Counted from the stretch's first letter, positions 12,552 through 38,470 are shown. The stretch: 64,000 nucleotides of DNA from Amoebidium appalachense (GCA_963693365.1 CAVNZM010000005.1:11803728-11867727), one strand, 5' to 3'. Made by a program: numbers and translations. Notes: generated from the sequence alone by a model not told the origin.

Positions 12552-13251
12552 CACACACACACACTCTTCCCAAGGTCCCTTAGAGGCATTCCTGCTCTCC
12601 CCTTTCCGTCGCCCCTTTCAATATGCACAAAACACAAGCTGCACACCGCAAAGCCCGCTCTCCCCCCCGTTCAACTTGTGGTTGTAGTTGTCTACATAAG
12701 AGGATGACTGTGTATAGGTTTCTGTTTGTTGTAGTCTCAGCCCCCCCCCCCCCCCCACCCGCCCACCTGCCCTCCTGGCCCACCTCACTTCCCCTCCTTG
12801 CTACAGTATCCCTCCCCCCCTTCTCCCCCCCCCCCCCCCTTTTCGTCCCCTCAACCCAACTAAAGAAATGAATCGTCCCGTGATCCAGAAGAACATACCC
12901 CCTTCCTATCCCCCCCCCTTCCCCCCCCCCCTCTGTCACTTCCCCTTACCACTCCAGTAATCTCCTCCTTCCCCCTCCCCCCTCCTCCCCCTCCCCCTGG
13001 CACCCGCCTCCCTTCCTTTGCCTGAAGCGTTCTAGCCACTCCCCTTACTCCTCTGACACCATTGGCACGAGTTCAGCACATTTCTTATTCCGCTCTAGTT
13101 CTGATGCACACTGGCTCCCCGCCCCCCGCCTCCCGCCCCCCCCCCCCTCCCCCCCCTCCCCCCCCTCCCCCCCCCGAGGATGGGAGGCTTATTACGCTGG
13201 TTGTCCTGCAATGCAGGTCACTGATATGGGTGTTGGCACAGAAAAACAAAA

Positions 13252-19574
<6,323 letters not shown>

Positions 19575-19765
19575 CAAAAAGAAACAAGTCCAAACTGACA
19601 TTAAATCTGCCCTTTGCTGGGAAGCATCACGGCAGATTAAACGTATTAGCATTCATATATACATACATAACTATTTGCACAGTTGCAAGCATCGCCATTC
19701 CCTTCCCCTATACCAAAGTGATAAGACAGATGTGTTGTCTTTTTTTTTTTTAACTGCCCACCTCC

Positions 19766-19823
<58 letters not shown>

Positions 19824-22800
19824 ACACACACGCGCGCGCGCACACACATGCACACACACACACACGCACGCACGCACTCACACGCACACACACCACCACC
19901 ACCACCCACCACGCACTATCATCCACGAGCGCATTATCAATTAGGGAAGCTGATCGACCCGTTTCTATTCCACAGTCGACTAAACTGAAGGGGACGTTGT
20001 TGTGTGGACATTATTGAAGGACTCTAAGCTGCTTTGGAACATACACTTATGAAACTTGGCAACCACCGGATCTCAAGTTCGGCCGTGCCCATGGTACAAA
20101 CTGCCCCCCCCCCTTCCCCCCCTCTCTCCACACACACACACACACACACACACAACCTCCCTCCTTCCCACCAATTACTGTTGCTTGTTCACTCACTTTG
20201 TGCAGTTTCGAATAGAGAATAGTGAAATAATTAATCCAACCGGCTAGATGCCTGGGGGTATGATATGTTGCTTGGGTGTGGGTTTTGTCGTTCTCACATT
20301 ATATATTGGCTTGACTTGGTTGCAACCTGATGTCATATGAGCAACAGAAACATTCGCAACAGAATCAGGGAACGAAGGGTTGTTTTTGTTACAGGAACGT
20401 TAACCATGTAAACTTATATAAATAAATGATCGGTAGCATGGGGAGGAGTGTACGGTCTGGGTAAACAGGGTTGTTTGGATAGTCGGTCTGACGTTTGTTC
20501 GATCGTTTTTTGGTGACATGGCGATGATCTTGGTGTTGCTCGTTCGTGATCGTTGTGTTGGTCAAGCCTTGTCTCACAATAATTTAGAACTATATGATAT
20601 ATCTATGTAGATACAAGCCACGTCTGTGCACGACAGAGATAATATGGTTGTCCCTACGTCACAGTGATTACCAGTGCTATGGCTGGCCCATAAAAAATTA
20701 CACTGAGTATACCGATCGTTGCACTGTACGCAACAGTGCACCGAAATCCATCACCTTTTTCTGTTATGTTTATCCATAATGATGCAAAGCTTCTGTCCAC
20801 GGGGTCTCTCTCTTTAATTCTTGTCTACCGGTGCTGCGTTTACCTGTTTGCTGATGGCTACATGCACCTGGGCAGCAGGTATATACAGACATTCACTTCC
20901 AAAGTCGAAAAACCTTCACCAAAACAGACTCGTAGTCTCGTACTTTGTTTATTTCTTAGCTCGATAGAGCCTCAATCTGCGATCGTCACAGTGACGTGCG
21001 TGTCTTATTGGACTGGCTAATTTTAGATGTGAACAGCGTGAACCTGGCAAGTTCACACACACGTGGCCGTACACTTCCGTTTGAACGCCCTTTTGTCTTC
21101 ATATTTTTTCCACGGGAAGGCAAACACAGTCGTGTACATAACTAAAAGTGTGTGCATGCTGCGTAGGAGGAAAGGTTGTCTATATGTAGCCAATGTTCAC
21201 AGTGATTCACTCTCAGCCAGAATTGTTGATTTTGTAGTTGCATTTGCATGGAAGTCTAGGGGAACCGCTGGGCTTTCAGCAACCAATTAGAGCGTCCGAG
21301 TACTCCGCATCCAGCCAACCCTTGTCAAAGGACAGAGCGCGGCAGAGCGCCAAACAACAGGGAATGTCAGGGATTATAAACGGAGGACACCACGTCGGAT
21401 GATTCCCGAGGATTCTAGCTCTATAACTACGTATATAATTTGAGAGAAACAATTATTTTTTGAATTCCAAGATTTTTTTCAAAAATACCCTGGCATTCCA
21501 GAAAACGCTACACATAATTCCACAGCATCATGATAATGGCATAACAGAATGATTTCGGAAATCTTCTTTGAGATCTCAAAGTAAATATAGCCGCGCTGGA
21601 CAGCCTGAGTTCAAAGAAGCGGCCGGCACAACTGTACATGTCACAATTGCAATGTCCTGTATCTACATATTTATTTGGCAGGAACTCTGAATCTCCTAGT
21701 CACTTTGTATGTGTATTTATTAGTGGAAAGATTCTTCTGTCTTTGGTATCATCCTAGAAGGCTTCTCTTCTTCTCTGCGTGAAGTCGTGATCATCATGAT
21801 ATGTGGCACTTTCGAAATTCGAAGTAATACACGGATATATTGATAATGATCACCTGAGTGATATATTAAAACATATTGCAAGAAAGAATCAGTCTCTTAT
21901 AAATTTGATTTGTGCATCCGACCCTACGATTTTTGATTTTCTCAGCACTATAATGCAGTACGTACATAATATATGGATAGGCTAGAGGCATGCGTACAAT
22001 TGAAGACCAATTTGAACTCCATCGATATCGTGTCAGTTGAATCTATAATTAAAAAAATACCGTGATATAATATCCGCCACGGACAGAGAATTTAGAAAGT
22101 TTTGAATTTTCTTGTGCAATTTGACTGTAGGATCGGCATATGAATTTAAGCCATCACGATCGTAAACTCATAAAAACAATGTTTGAAAGAAAGGAGAATT
22201 ATACATTCAATCAAGATTAAACATGGTCTGCACACTCAGGATGCAATTTCTCAGGTTAAAGAAACTTTGCAATTGAAGACCACTCTGTAGTCCTTACATG
22301 ACATCATGTAAACAAGATTTACGTCACCGGGTTGCGTATTTACAGGATATATATATATCCCGTGAACCGAAATGCCATTGGCCAACGTCGGAATTCGGAA
22401 TAACAATTGCAATAGCGTTCGGGACTTGCAAATTCATTGCAGACGGAACTCAGTATGACCCCTAACTAACTTCTCTTATCTGCAATCTAATTTCATTTTA
22501 ATACATGGCAAGATTCATTACTCCTGCCAACGTGATGTGACAGTACACATCAAGTTCACCCGGCCATCGAATGCGAATTTCGAATTCATCCACGTGACGT
22601 GTGAACACTCAATGCAGTATAGGGAGATTGGACCCAATCACGTCACGTACACTGAGTGTTACCGACACTACGCACTTGAAACTAGGGTTTTTCATAAACA
22701 AGAACTGTTGGGAACAGCAAAAAGCTATCAATAACTTTTGATTGCGATAAATGCATGCAGATAACCGGTTTCCAGCGTGAACAGCATGAAGTGGTAAGTT

Positions 22801-22965
22801 TGAGCCTGAGCAGGTCCATCAACCAGAACTCATATTTATATTGGCTAAATATAAACGATCTAGTGGGTTCCACCCACAGCGATGTGGGCTCAAACTCGGT
22901 GGAATCGGTTTGACACACACACACTCCCCACACCCCCCCCCCACCCCCCCTCCCCCCCCTGAGTT

Positions 22966-23445
<480 letters not shown>

Positions 23446-23867
23446 CGGCTTTTACGGTGTGTAACGGTTACAGTGTTTACGGTGCGCGCTGACTGTCGCA
23501 GCGCGTCTGTGTGAGCTTGTGTGACTGCACGGTGTGTGTGTGTGTGTGTGCGTGTGTGTGTGCATGGCAATGGTGTGCCTTGTGTGTGTGTACACATGTG
23601 GGCGCGCGCGTCTGTGTGCATTTGTGCGACTGCACAGACCGTGTGTTTGCCTGCGCTGTGGCCATTTTACTTCCTCGGTTATATTATCCTCGAGGATAGG
23701 CCCAACTTAATCCTCGAGGATAGGCCCACATGCCCTGGTATAGAAGCGGACGTGCACAATGTGACTTCAAGTCGCAACTTCCGAGAGGCTGCGCTCGTAC
23801 CCTACAGTAGTGTGTGTGCACACTGTGTGCATGTTTGTGTGTGTGTGTATGTGTACATGTGTGTGTG

Positions 23868-23928
<61 letters not shown>

Positions 23929-25674
23929 ACCAGTGCGTGCGTTTCTCTTCTTTCTCGGGCTCGCTCCCTGTGGGTACGCCACCCTACACTGTATACACTG
24001 TAAAAAGTCACCTAAAGGCTCAAGTCGCGACTTCTAGTCAGGACGAGTCACCAGCCACTCTCGCCAATTATCATCAGAAGTCAAGTGGGCATAACTTGAC
24101 TTAGTTGAAGTCAAGGTCACTGTGACTTTAAGTCGCAACTTTACAACTCTGTGCTCGCCGCCGAGGGGCTCGCATTTTGATGATGGTACAGCTCGCCCCA
24201 GCGCATGCTCAATACGATTCGGAATTTAATTGGACCAAAAGCTGTAATGGAGCACCGCGCTATAATAGATGTTACCTTATTGGGTCGCGTCATGATCTCT
24301 GTAATCTGATTGGAATTCCCATCTTTGCGAAAACAGCTTACAGTAGTCCTTCCCCTTCCAGGGACCCTGTCCCTATCTCCGTAGACCCAAACTCTCGGTC
24401 ACGTGACCTGACCTCCAAATGACCGAGTTTGGGAATCATTTTAGCATTTGTGTCCTGACAGAGGGGGGCAAATAAAGATGGATTCCGCCAAAGTGTGTCC
24501 AATCATAAGAAGGCGGTGATCTGACCTGTCATCGTCAATCGTCACTGGTACTGCAGCTTCAAATTCGAATATTTCTCACTTCCATATTCATGAACATTTC
24601 GTGAACATTTGGAAATAGGTAAATAGGGCTTCATTTTATGTTTAAACCTATATCTTGAAACCATAAAATATCAAGTGTTAAAGAGCGCAGATTAGCTTTT
24701 ACGTGAGTGCCAAACGCGAAAACGTGCACAATTTTTCTATAATCGCTATGGAATATGTGGAAAAGGTATCGAGGATATCAAATGTTCTGATCGAGGGAAT
24801 CCCTCTTAGGGCGTTTGCTGAAGTTTTTTTGCGGCGACGCAGCCAAGTGGCTACATAGCGTCACCGAGAGACTTGTTAAATGGCCCGTGAAATACTGTTT
24901 TTCCTCCAAGCAAGCAACGAGAAAATTCATGGTCCTAATTATATCTATGGTGGCTATAGGACTAGACAATCTGTAGCATGGAAACGGGATTCAGTGTGCC
25001 CACAGCCATCTTGCAGTTGTTCTAGGAAAAGTATAAACCATCGTACGCAGAAACGTAAATAATACGAAAAGGTTACCCTAACATGAAGAAGTGCACATGG
25101 TTATAGTCGATGCTGTCACGGTGTTCGTTTTTTCGCGTGAGACTTGCTCTCTTACTCGAAGCATTTTGAGTTCATTCTTGTGGGACCACTTGCGGAATAC
25201 TCTGCATCAAGCAGGGCAGGACCGAACAACCTCTACCGGTAAGTTTTTCTATTTTCAGGTGTGTTCTTATACTTGCTTTCCCATATGAACTCACTTATTC
25301 GTCTTATTTAACGGGTATAGGGGTAACTACATGTGAATCACATGCCCCATCTGCTCACACACGCACTCGGTTGGTCGGTTTTTTTGTGTCTTTTTCACCC
25401 CGTGTGGGTTGTGATGGAATAGTGCATTAATTTTGAGTAGAGGGTGTGTGTGTGCCGGGTGTTACAGGCTGTACCACTGGGATCCCCGCTTGATCTGCTG
25501 TTGATAACTTCTTTGTGGATATGCTGCTCTGTTGCTGGTTGGTAAGGGGCTTTGGGGAGGGGAAGGAGGGCGGGGAGGGGGAGGGAGGAGGGAGGGAGGG
25601 GGGAGACGTGGTAAAATTCCGTTTGTGTATTTGTGCTTATGGAACAAGTAAGTAGAGTCGTTGGAGACAGATGG

Positions 25675-25753
<79 letters not shown>

Positions 25754-27047
25754 TTACAACAATCTTGTGTGTGTGTACCTGTGTCTTTACGATGTGCCGT
25801 GTACATATCTTTAAGTTGGTTGCGTGCTTGGAAGTGAGCAAACGGGGCTCAAGTGAGCGAGGGGCTGTGACCACTTGGCAACTCACAGTAGTTCCGTGCT
25901 TTTGTGCTTGCTTGTTTTTTTTTTTGTTGTTCACAGGTTGAAGCTGGGGTACTGCATGTATATTCCCGCTGTCCTGTTTCCCTCCCATCGTTTAGTTATG
26001 CACCTGGTTTGGGTCGGTTTTCACTTATGTGATTGACCGCTTGAGCTGCCGGTTTCAATGCTCATGTTGGCCATCATCTGCTAGACCAAATGCTGTGATT
26101 TTTTTTAGACATTTGTACTTCTTTCACTGTGTCTGTACTTGCTGTATATAGAACAAGCAGCTTACACTGTTATACCTCCAGCTTTCTTGCGGGTAAAGAC
26201 GGGAGCACGTGTTCATCCCTGCGTTTACGAACGTCTGGGAACTTTTCCCATCCGTTAGTTTGTGTGGTGGGGTTTGCGGCATCACCCTGACTGACTGCAC
26301 GAACGGGGGCAGTCAGGTACACCATCACCTCATTCTGTGGTGGTAAGTGCGAGCTAGTAGTGTGTTTGTCGTATTGGCATTTGAGAAATGCACACCCACA
26401 CACAAGCATATAGGGGCAGTGATAACATGTGTGCAATCATACATGTGTGCAATCATACATGCACAACTTGCGCACAACACAAATACGCACATGCTTTGAT
26501 TAACACAGGTGAGCGTGCATAGGCGCCAGAAATCATACAGAGCTTGCACACATTGACAAATATCAACACACACACGCGCGCAACAGTGCACACACACACA
26601 CACGACACACACACACACACCCACACACACAAGCGCGCGTGCATACACATACACACACTCACACTCACTCACTCACACACACATAGGCACGTGCGCATGC
26701 GCATACACGCACTCACACAAGCATTCACGTTTGTACGCTTGCAGAAACACACACACACAAATAGACACGACCAGACTTTTTGGGAAAAAACATCTACATG
26801 CACGAAAGGTATTCAGCTCCAACCATAATGCCTCGTACATTTCACCCACCTGATGCATCTCTTGGGCTTTGCACGGTACCTGTGCACACAAACACACACA
26901 AGCACATACGCACATGTATATGCACATGGACAGACACAGGCGTGCTCGTTCCCTCCTGCCGTTCCATGTCGATCCACACTCTCGAATGCAAGTGTGCATC
27001 AAGTGCATGCACAAATGGGTCCCCTCGCTTTCGTTGCCACTCCCCCC

Positions 27048-27753
27048 TGACTTGGGCCCTCCCTGAGGATGGGTTCTGCTTATGATGCATACTGTGCGCT
27101 TTGCTGATGTTGCATACTTGAATGTTTTACTTTGCATGTGTCCTGCACCATGCTCTCATCGTGTATGTTCGTAAGGTGTTCCGCATTTAACCATTCAAAC
27201 CCCCCCAGTCTTCTTTCAGAGGTGTCCTTTCAGGACAGAGCACTGTGTGGAGACCGCTTTACTTCCATGCAACCGGGCATGGTTGCTCTGTGTCGTGCAT
27301 CTGTAAGCACGTACGCATTCTCCGCTGTACTGCATTAGTTTGCACTTACACATATTCACCGTTTTGCTCACCTTGCTTGCATAAGCAACCCTGCTCGTCT
27401 TTGATCAAGACGGGTTGACCCTCCCAAGTTCAGTTGATGCTGCTGTCTGAGTTGGAGAGGCGTATATAACGCGGGCTGAGGGGTCGAAACTCAGACGCAA
27501 TTGATGACTTGGGCCCTCCCTGAGGATGGGCTCTGCTTATGACGCATACTGTGCGCATGGCTGATGTTGCATACTTGAATGTTTGCCTTTGCATGTGTCC
27601 TTCGTGTATGCGTACTTCGTACCGTGTTCCGCATTCAACCCCCCCCCCCCCCCCCCCCTCCCCCCTTGCATACTTGAATGTTTGCCTTTGCATGTGTCCT
27701 GCACCATGCTTCTCGTCGTGTATGCGTACTTCGTACCGTGTTCCGCATTCAAA
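27048..27753 (+). mobile_element. Partial head-to-tail array of subfamily B copies (27048-27199, about 27208-27638, 27666-27753), pseudo-LTR-like
   Basis: Three co-oriented segments share the same 3' end (attcaa plus C-run) and are separated by C-runs. The middle copy aligns to subfamily A from ttgcataagcaaccctgctcgtct to gggctctgcttat. Confidence 0.82.
27378..27540 (+). ncRNA. Subfamily B version of the structured, hammerhead-like RNA
   Basis: Pairings 27393-27401/27407-27415, 27417-27422/27480-27485, 27445-27452/27489-27496, 27454-27457/27516-27519, hairpin 27460-27472. GUU 27451-27453, GAAA 27486-27489, CUGAGGA 27520-27526. Confidence 0.55.
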
Positions 27754-28192
27754 CCCCCCCCCCCCCCCCCCCCTCCCCCTCCCCCCCCCCCCCCCCCTCC
27801 CCCCCCCTCCCCCCCGGCACCTCTTTCCTTTTCTCTTTCTGTTTCTTGTTCTCTTTGTGTGTCAAAGTGTGGGCCCTTGTGCATGTGTACCAAGCCATTT
27901 GTTGTTTAGGCTGGACACTATTTTATTTTTGCTCCCTTTGGGTATTTGGCTAGAATGTGTGCGGGTGTGTATACACTCACACCAACACCCATATATTGGT
28001 CATGATAACTCCCTGCTCTCCTCCATTGTGTCCCCCTGTTTCTGTCTCTCCCTCCTCTCTCTCTCTCCCTCTCCCTCTCCCTCTCCCTCCCTCCCTCCTC
28101 TCTCTCTCTCTCTCTCTCTTTCTTCCCCCCCCCCCCCTCTCCCCCTCTCCCTCTCTTTCTCTCTCTCTCTCTCTCCCCTCCCCCCTCTCTCC

Positions 28193-28397
<205 letters not shown>

Positions 28398-28494
28398 CCC
28401 CCCCTTTGGCGTGTGTTTGCAATGTGCAATGTTTCGTCCGTCGTGAATGTGTACTTTTTAATCCATAAGGCCTTCAACCCTCCCCTCTCCCCCC

Positions 28495-28528
<34 letters not shown>

Positions 28529-28845
28529 AGGGCGTCCTTGCCTCTTGCACACACACGTTGCATACCTTAGGCTGTGTGGATGTGCCTCATGTGTTTTCAT
28601 ATGTGCATTGCGTCGTCTATTGTAAATTTATGCTGTGCACTATGGTACACATCTTAGCCTCCCCTCTCCCTCGCCCCGCACACACAAATATCTTATTGGT
28701 TGTCAACACACGTGCATACTCACACACACACACTTGCATACACACAGAACCGCTGTTCTCTATTCTCGGGGGTTTCCGCGCACTTGTCTTTTCATCCCTT
28801 GGGTTTTGTTCTTTATGTCTTTGTGCTTATTGCTGTTCAGCATAG

Positions 28846-28881
<36 letters not shown>

Positions 28882-28893
28882 GGCACCGCCACA

Positions 28894-28972
<79 letters not shown>

Positions 28973-29183
28973 CACGTGCGCGTATGCGAGGGCGCGCGTA
29001 CATGCACATTCACATATACGTGCTCGTTCGCACACAACTAGCAGTGAATCCGACACACACATGATCACCCACATCCATCGTTGCACATGGGTGTCTGCAT
29101 TGAAGGGCACACACAATGAGGCCGATATATACAGCCAGGTGCACGACACACACACGACGACACAGACTCTGCCTTCATCCATC

Positions 29184-29214
<31 letters not shown>

Positions 29215-29801
29215 TTCTCCCCCCCCCCTTTCCCTCTCGGCCTCCCCCCTCTTCCGACAAAAACACATACTCACAATGTGAGCGTACCCTTTCTTTGTGT
29301 GTGGTCACGAGATGCACACACTAAAAATACAGCACATGTATGGGGTGCACACACGTAAACATGTGTGGCCGGTGTACGCATAACATATAGCTGGCTATTA
29401 CATCGGTTTACACAAGTGCTGCTACGATCCTCCTGACCCCCCCCCCCTGAATCAACGGAAGCCACAATCCCAACCCCAACCCCAACCCATGCCATGTCAT
29501 GCCAACCCCAACCTTTCGTGCCTATTTTTATGTCGTTTCGTTCTAGGCCCGTGTTCCGTCTTTGTGTCCATCTGCCTTGGTCTCGTGCTTTGCAACGTCT
29601 TTCACCTCCTCCATCCCGAGAGGGGGGGGGGAATGGGGGAGGGAGGGGAAGAAGAGGGGTGGAGGGGGGAGAGAGGGATATCTGTTACATGTGTGCAAGT
29701 CTATTTTCTTGACCGTAAGTGTTCGTGCTTGGTGTCTGGCTGACCTCCTCTGTCTCCTACCCTTCTTGTTTTCCCCTTGTGTAAGAACATTATCGGGTTA
29801 A

Positions 29802-29864
<63 letters not shown>

Positions 29865-29918
29865 CGCACAGGTACATGCACGGGCACGGGCGCACAGATG
29901 CACGGGCACACACACAAA

Positions 29919-29958
<40 letters not shown>

Positions 29959-30149
29959 CACACGCATGCACATGCACAAGCAAAAGCACAAACGCACCAC
30001 ACACACACACGCGCGCATGCACACGCACACAAGCACATCACAAGCACGTGTGTGCACGCGCACACACACACACCACACACACACACACACACAACAAAGC
30101 GCGCGCTTGCACACGCGCACACACACTCACACTCACACTCGCGCGCGCG

Positions 30150-30186
<37 letters not shown>

Positions 30187-30511
30187 ACACACACGCACAC
30201 ACGCACGCACTCTTACACACGGGCATGCATCGAGATTCCCAGGCAATAGCACGCTGACACATGCACACACGAACACACACCCACACATACAATCACCGTT
30301 ACACTCACCCATGCATGCACGACTTTCACACATCACACAACGTTACACATCGCATGGCATGTTGCATACAAGTCACTCCTCTAACTTTATTCCAATGTGA
30401 AACTACACAAAATTTAGATTACTTTGTTTTGATACTTACATTACGTTTTAATCCCCAGATTTCCCCTTTAAAGAACTGGAGACAAACACACGTGTTTTTT
30501 CTTGCCTCCAG

Positions 30512-34893
<4,382 letters not shown>

Positions 34894-36058
34894 GAGAGTC
34901 GACTGCTCCTTGTGTCAAGTAAAGTGGAAGATGGATTGGAGTGTAGCCCACTGATGGTTGTGGGGGCATCCTTTTTACATATAAGATAGCAGGAAAATAT
35001 ATATACACATACGGAGTATTAGAGATATATACATATATATATGCACAGGCATACACGCACAGGCACATGCACACATATGCACAAACACGGAATGACAGGA
35101 AACACACGCCACGTGCATGCATATGAACCCGGGGGGTGTGTTTGCATGCACACACAGCACGTACACGAGAATAGCAGTATTTTTAATAGGGGTTGCCGTG
35201 AGCAATCTAATATGGACATAGGATTATCGCAGACTGTCGTTAGACGAACGATATGGTGGTAGGTGCCCTTTTATCTTCCCTGTCTCGATGCATGTGTTTG
35301 ATATAATGAGTAGTTGTGGGAGGGCTTTTAGAAATAGATACATTGTCCTTTGTTCTTCGTTTTTCATTTTTCAGTGTGTGCTGCTGTTTAATATTTTCTT
35401 TGTTTTCCTCTTCCTTGCCTTTTTCTTCCTTCTTTTTTTTCGTTGTTTTTTGGGGGAGGGGTATATGCTACGCCGAGTTTGTTTCAGGTTTCTGTGTCGA
35501 AACGAGTTTATCTCCGAGTTTATCTTCTCCGAGTATATCCATCAACATGGAATTTGTCTTTCATACCGTAGTTGATCGATCCGTTGATTCTCTGATGTAG
35601 GTGTATAGATTATGATCACGTTCTTTCTTGTTGGCTTGGCGTGATTTGTTTGGTTGGTCACGATTTACACACGTGCACCAAACTCTGTGTCTATATTTTA
35701 TCTCAGTTACAAGCACAGGGTGTGGAGATATATATTCATGAGAAAGTGAAAAAAATGTTATCTACCGGCGTAGATAGTAGTTGGTCTGCTTGATAGGTTT
35801 ACAGGACATTATGGTGGTGGCTGGTCTCCCGCCGGAGATTTCGAGGGGTGGCCGGTGGTAGGCGGCACGCGGTGTGTCCCCCCCATCTGCACTTGGTATT
35901 GATACCCCGTGTACATATTACCGAAACGATCTGGTAAATTGATATTTGTGGAGCGAAAATGTTTTGGTTGTGCTCTCTTTGCACCGTTACGATATGCGAA
36001 AGTGACCTAATAACGGGCACACACGTGCATGTACATACATGTGTGCGCCCGTTGTGAG

Positions 36059-36110
<52 letters not shown>

Positions 36111-36643
36111 ACACAGACACACACACGAACGCACGCAGGCGCGTACGCATGCGCATGGACACTCATGATCACGCATATGCACAAACACACCCTGCAATAC
36201 CCTGCGATCTGATCGAAGCATATTTGTGCATCTAGCTTTAGATAAATACACGGCCGCTGCGGCACAGATGTCGACATTCAAACGGAAATCTAAAGGGGGT
36301 CTCTTTAGGCCGATTTATAATTATTGTCACCACTTTTTGGATCCTCGAGGGGTGGGGAGGGGGGGGGGGGGGGGGGGGGGGGGTTCCCAGTACGTGTGGC
36401 GCTCTAACCAAGGTATCGTTTGAAATTTTGAAAATTTTAAAAAATGAGAGATAATTTCTTCCATGGTGATCTTGCAAAGAATCTAAAGTTGTGGTACACT
36501 ACACTGTGTGTGTGTGTGCAGGGGTGTGTGTGGGTGTGGGTGGGTGGGTAGGTGGGTGAGTGTCTGCGGTGTGTGTGCAGTGTGCTGTGGCATGTAAGCA
36601 TGCACAAATGAAAACATCGCGAGATCTAGAGGAGATGGAAGGA

Positions 36644-36676
<33 letters not shown>

Positions 36677-37550
36677 CTGGGGGCAGGATTTAAAAGCGCG
36701 GGGGGAAAGGGGAGGGGGTGGTTGGGTGGGTGGGTGGGTGGGTGGGGGGGGGGGGGGGGGGGGGGGGGGGGTAGGCCCCTGGAGGACGGTGGAACGGCAT
36801 CGGCCGCTAAATAGTTGATCATGATCATACGGTACAGTTTTATTTGCACGAGGTAGTTCTACCTACAGCTGAGATGACCGGTCTGCATAAAAAGATCGTG
36901 TAACCAATCCCCTTAAATAAACTACATATGTCCCGTCAGACGCATATATATGAGGTTTCGAATTATGTTGTGGATGAAGACTTCGTGGCCAGATCCTCGG
37001 CGCAATTGAACGTGCGCTGGTAGCCGCTTATATAGTTTCTATAGGCACAAAATTATCCTACCACCTATATGATTATGCAGAATTATGGTGTATCAGGTGC
37101 ATGCGGGTGGGGTGGGCAAGGAACTGGAGAGGCGGACGGGCTACCGACGAGGGGGGGGGAGGGGGGGGTTAGGGAGGAATCAGCACTGAGCACTCGAAGC
37201 TTAGCTGTTGCATGGTTGTGCACTTACCTCCATATTCCCATTTTTATTCAGTATTATTACTCTTTGGGGTCGTTGTGGGGGGGTATGGGGGGAAGAGAGA
37301 ACAGGGGGAAGTGGGACAGCAGATGGAGAGGGGGGGGGGGGGGGGGGGGTTTACGGGAGGGGGGGGGGGGGTTGGGGGGGGAGGCTGCTATGTCAACGTC
37401 AATGTGTAAGGTTTGGGGAACAGAGAGCTTACAGCAATAGGGGAGGGGAAAGGAAGGGAGCGAGGGGGGAAGGTGGAGAGGCTACCACCTACTGAGGCGG
37501 TGTCTTCTTTTCTTTTTTTTTTTCTTCTATTTTTTGCTTAAAAGGGACTA

Positions 37551-38470
37551 GATGTTAAGCGTCGCACGTGCGGCAACACGTCAGTACGTGTTAGGTGGAG
37601 AGGGGGGGGGTGAGGTACGACTGCAAGCATGTCCGACGAGTCAAAGATCTACCAGCACCTGAACGGGAATTGTCTGTGACACGATTCTGCCAACTTCAGG
37701 AACTCTCCGCTCCTCCTCGCTTTGCGCGCTATATAAGTGCTTCTCGTGGTTTTTCACTGCTCAAAAGCCTTCTGGCATAGAGTGATCTCAGTTGTTTTTC
37801 TTGTGTTATGGAGGCTGCCGTACCATCAAACACATACACTCTACTAGTCTCCAAGGCTATGTACCCGCTGGCTTACGTAAGTGGCCGAGCGCTACTACGC
37901 CATCGCCTGCGGCAACATACAAGGTATGTTGAGCCGGGCCGCAGGGAGACAGAGTGACTAACACTCCACCTCAAAAACTCTACCTTTTTCTTGAACCTGA
38001 CCGCTAATTTTATTCTCTAAATTTTTTGTAACACTAACGTGTCCACACTCCCGCTGGTGTGTAGAAGTTCTGTTAACTCTCTTGTTTGGTTGACGCCAAA
38101 GATTCCAGGCAAAACTTCGTGCAACACCTGTACCAGCTTTTTTCTCGCTAACTAGCTGCTTAGAAGATGGTTGGATGATATGATTTTGTCTTTATTAGTG
38201 GTGAGCTTCAGAAACTTCAGCTGCAGAATGCCGTCCAACTCTATAATGACCGTGAGCGGAGGCAGGTTCTCTTATCTATGGCACAAGTAAGAGTATCTGA
38301 TGTAAGACTATATAGGGGTGCATTGGTCTTCTCTTAACTACAAAAAGTTTTCGTTTTGACGTTATAAATAATTAACGTTCAACAACCTGCTAATCACGCC
38401 TACGAATACGAAAGGGGGCCCTGCGTCTAACACGTACTGACGTGTTGCCGCACGTGCGACGTTATACATC
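37551..38470. mobile_element. Non-autonomous TIR (DNA-transposon-like) element, about 0.9 kb
   Basis: Perfect 35-bp inverted repeat cgtcgcacgtgcggcaacacgtcagtacgtgttag (37560-37594 / 38427-38461), imperfectly extendable to gatgt/acatc. No clear TSD and no transposase seen. Confidence 0.7.

Noticed and set aside
23994-24145. CACTA/CMC-like transposon end (cactgtaaaaa)
   Set aside because: No matching inverted terminus was found nearby.
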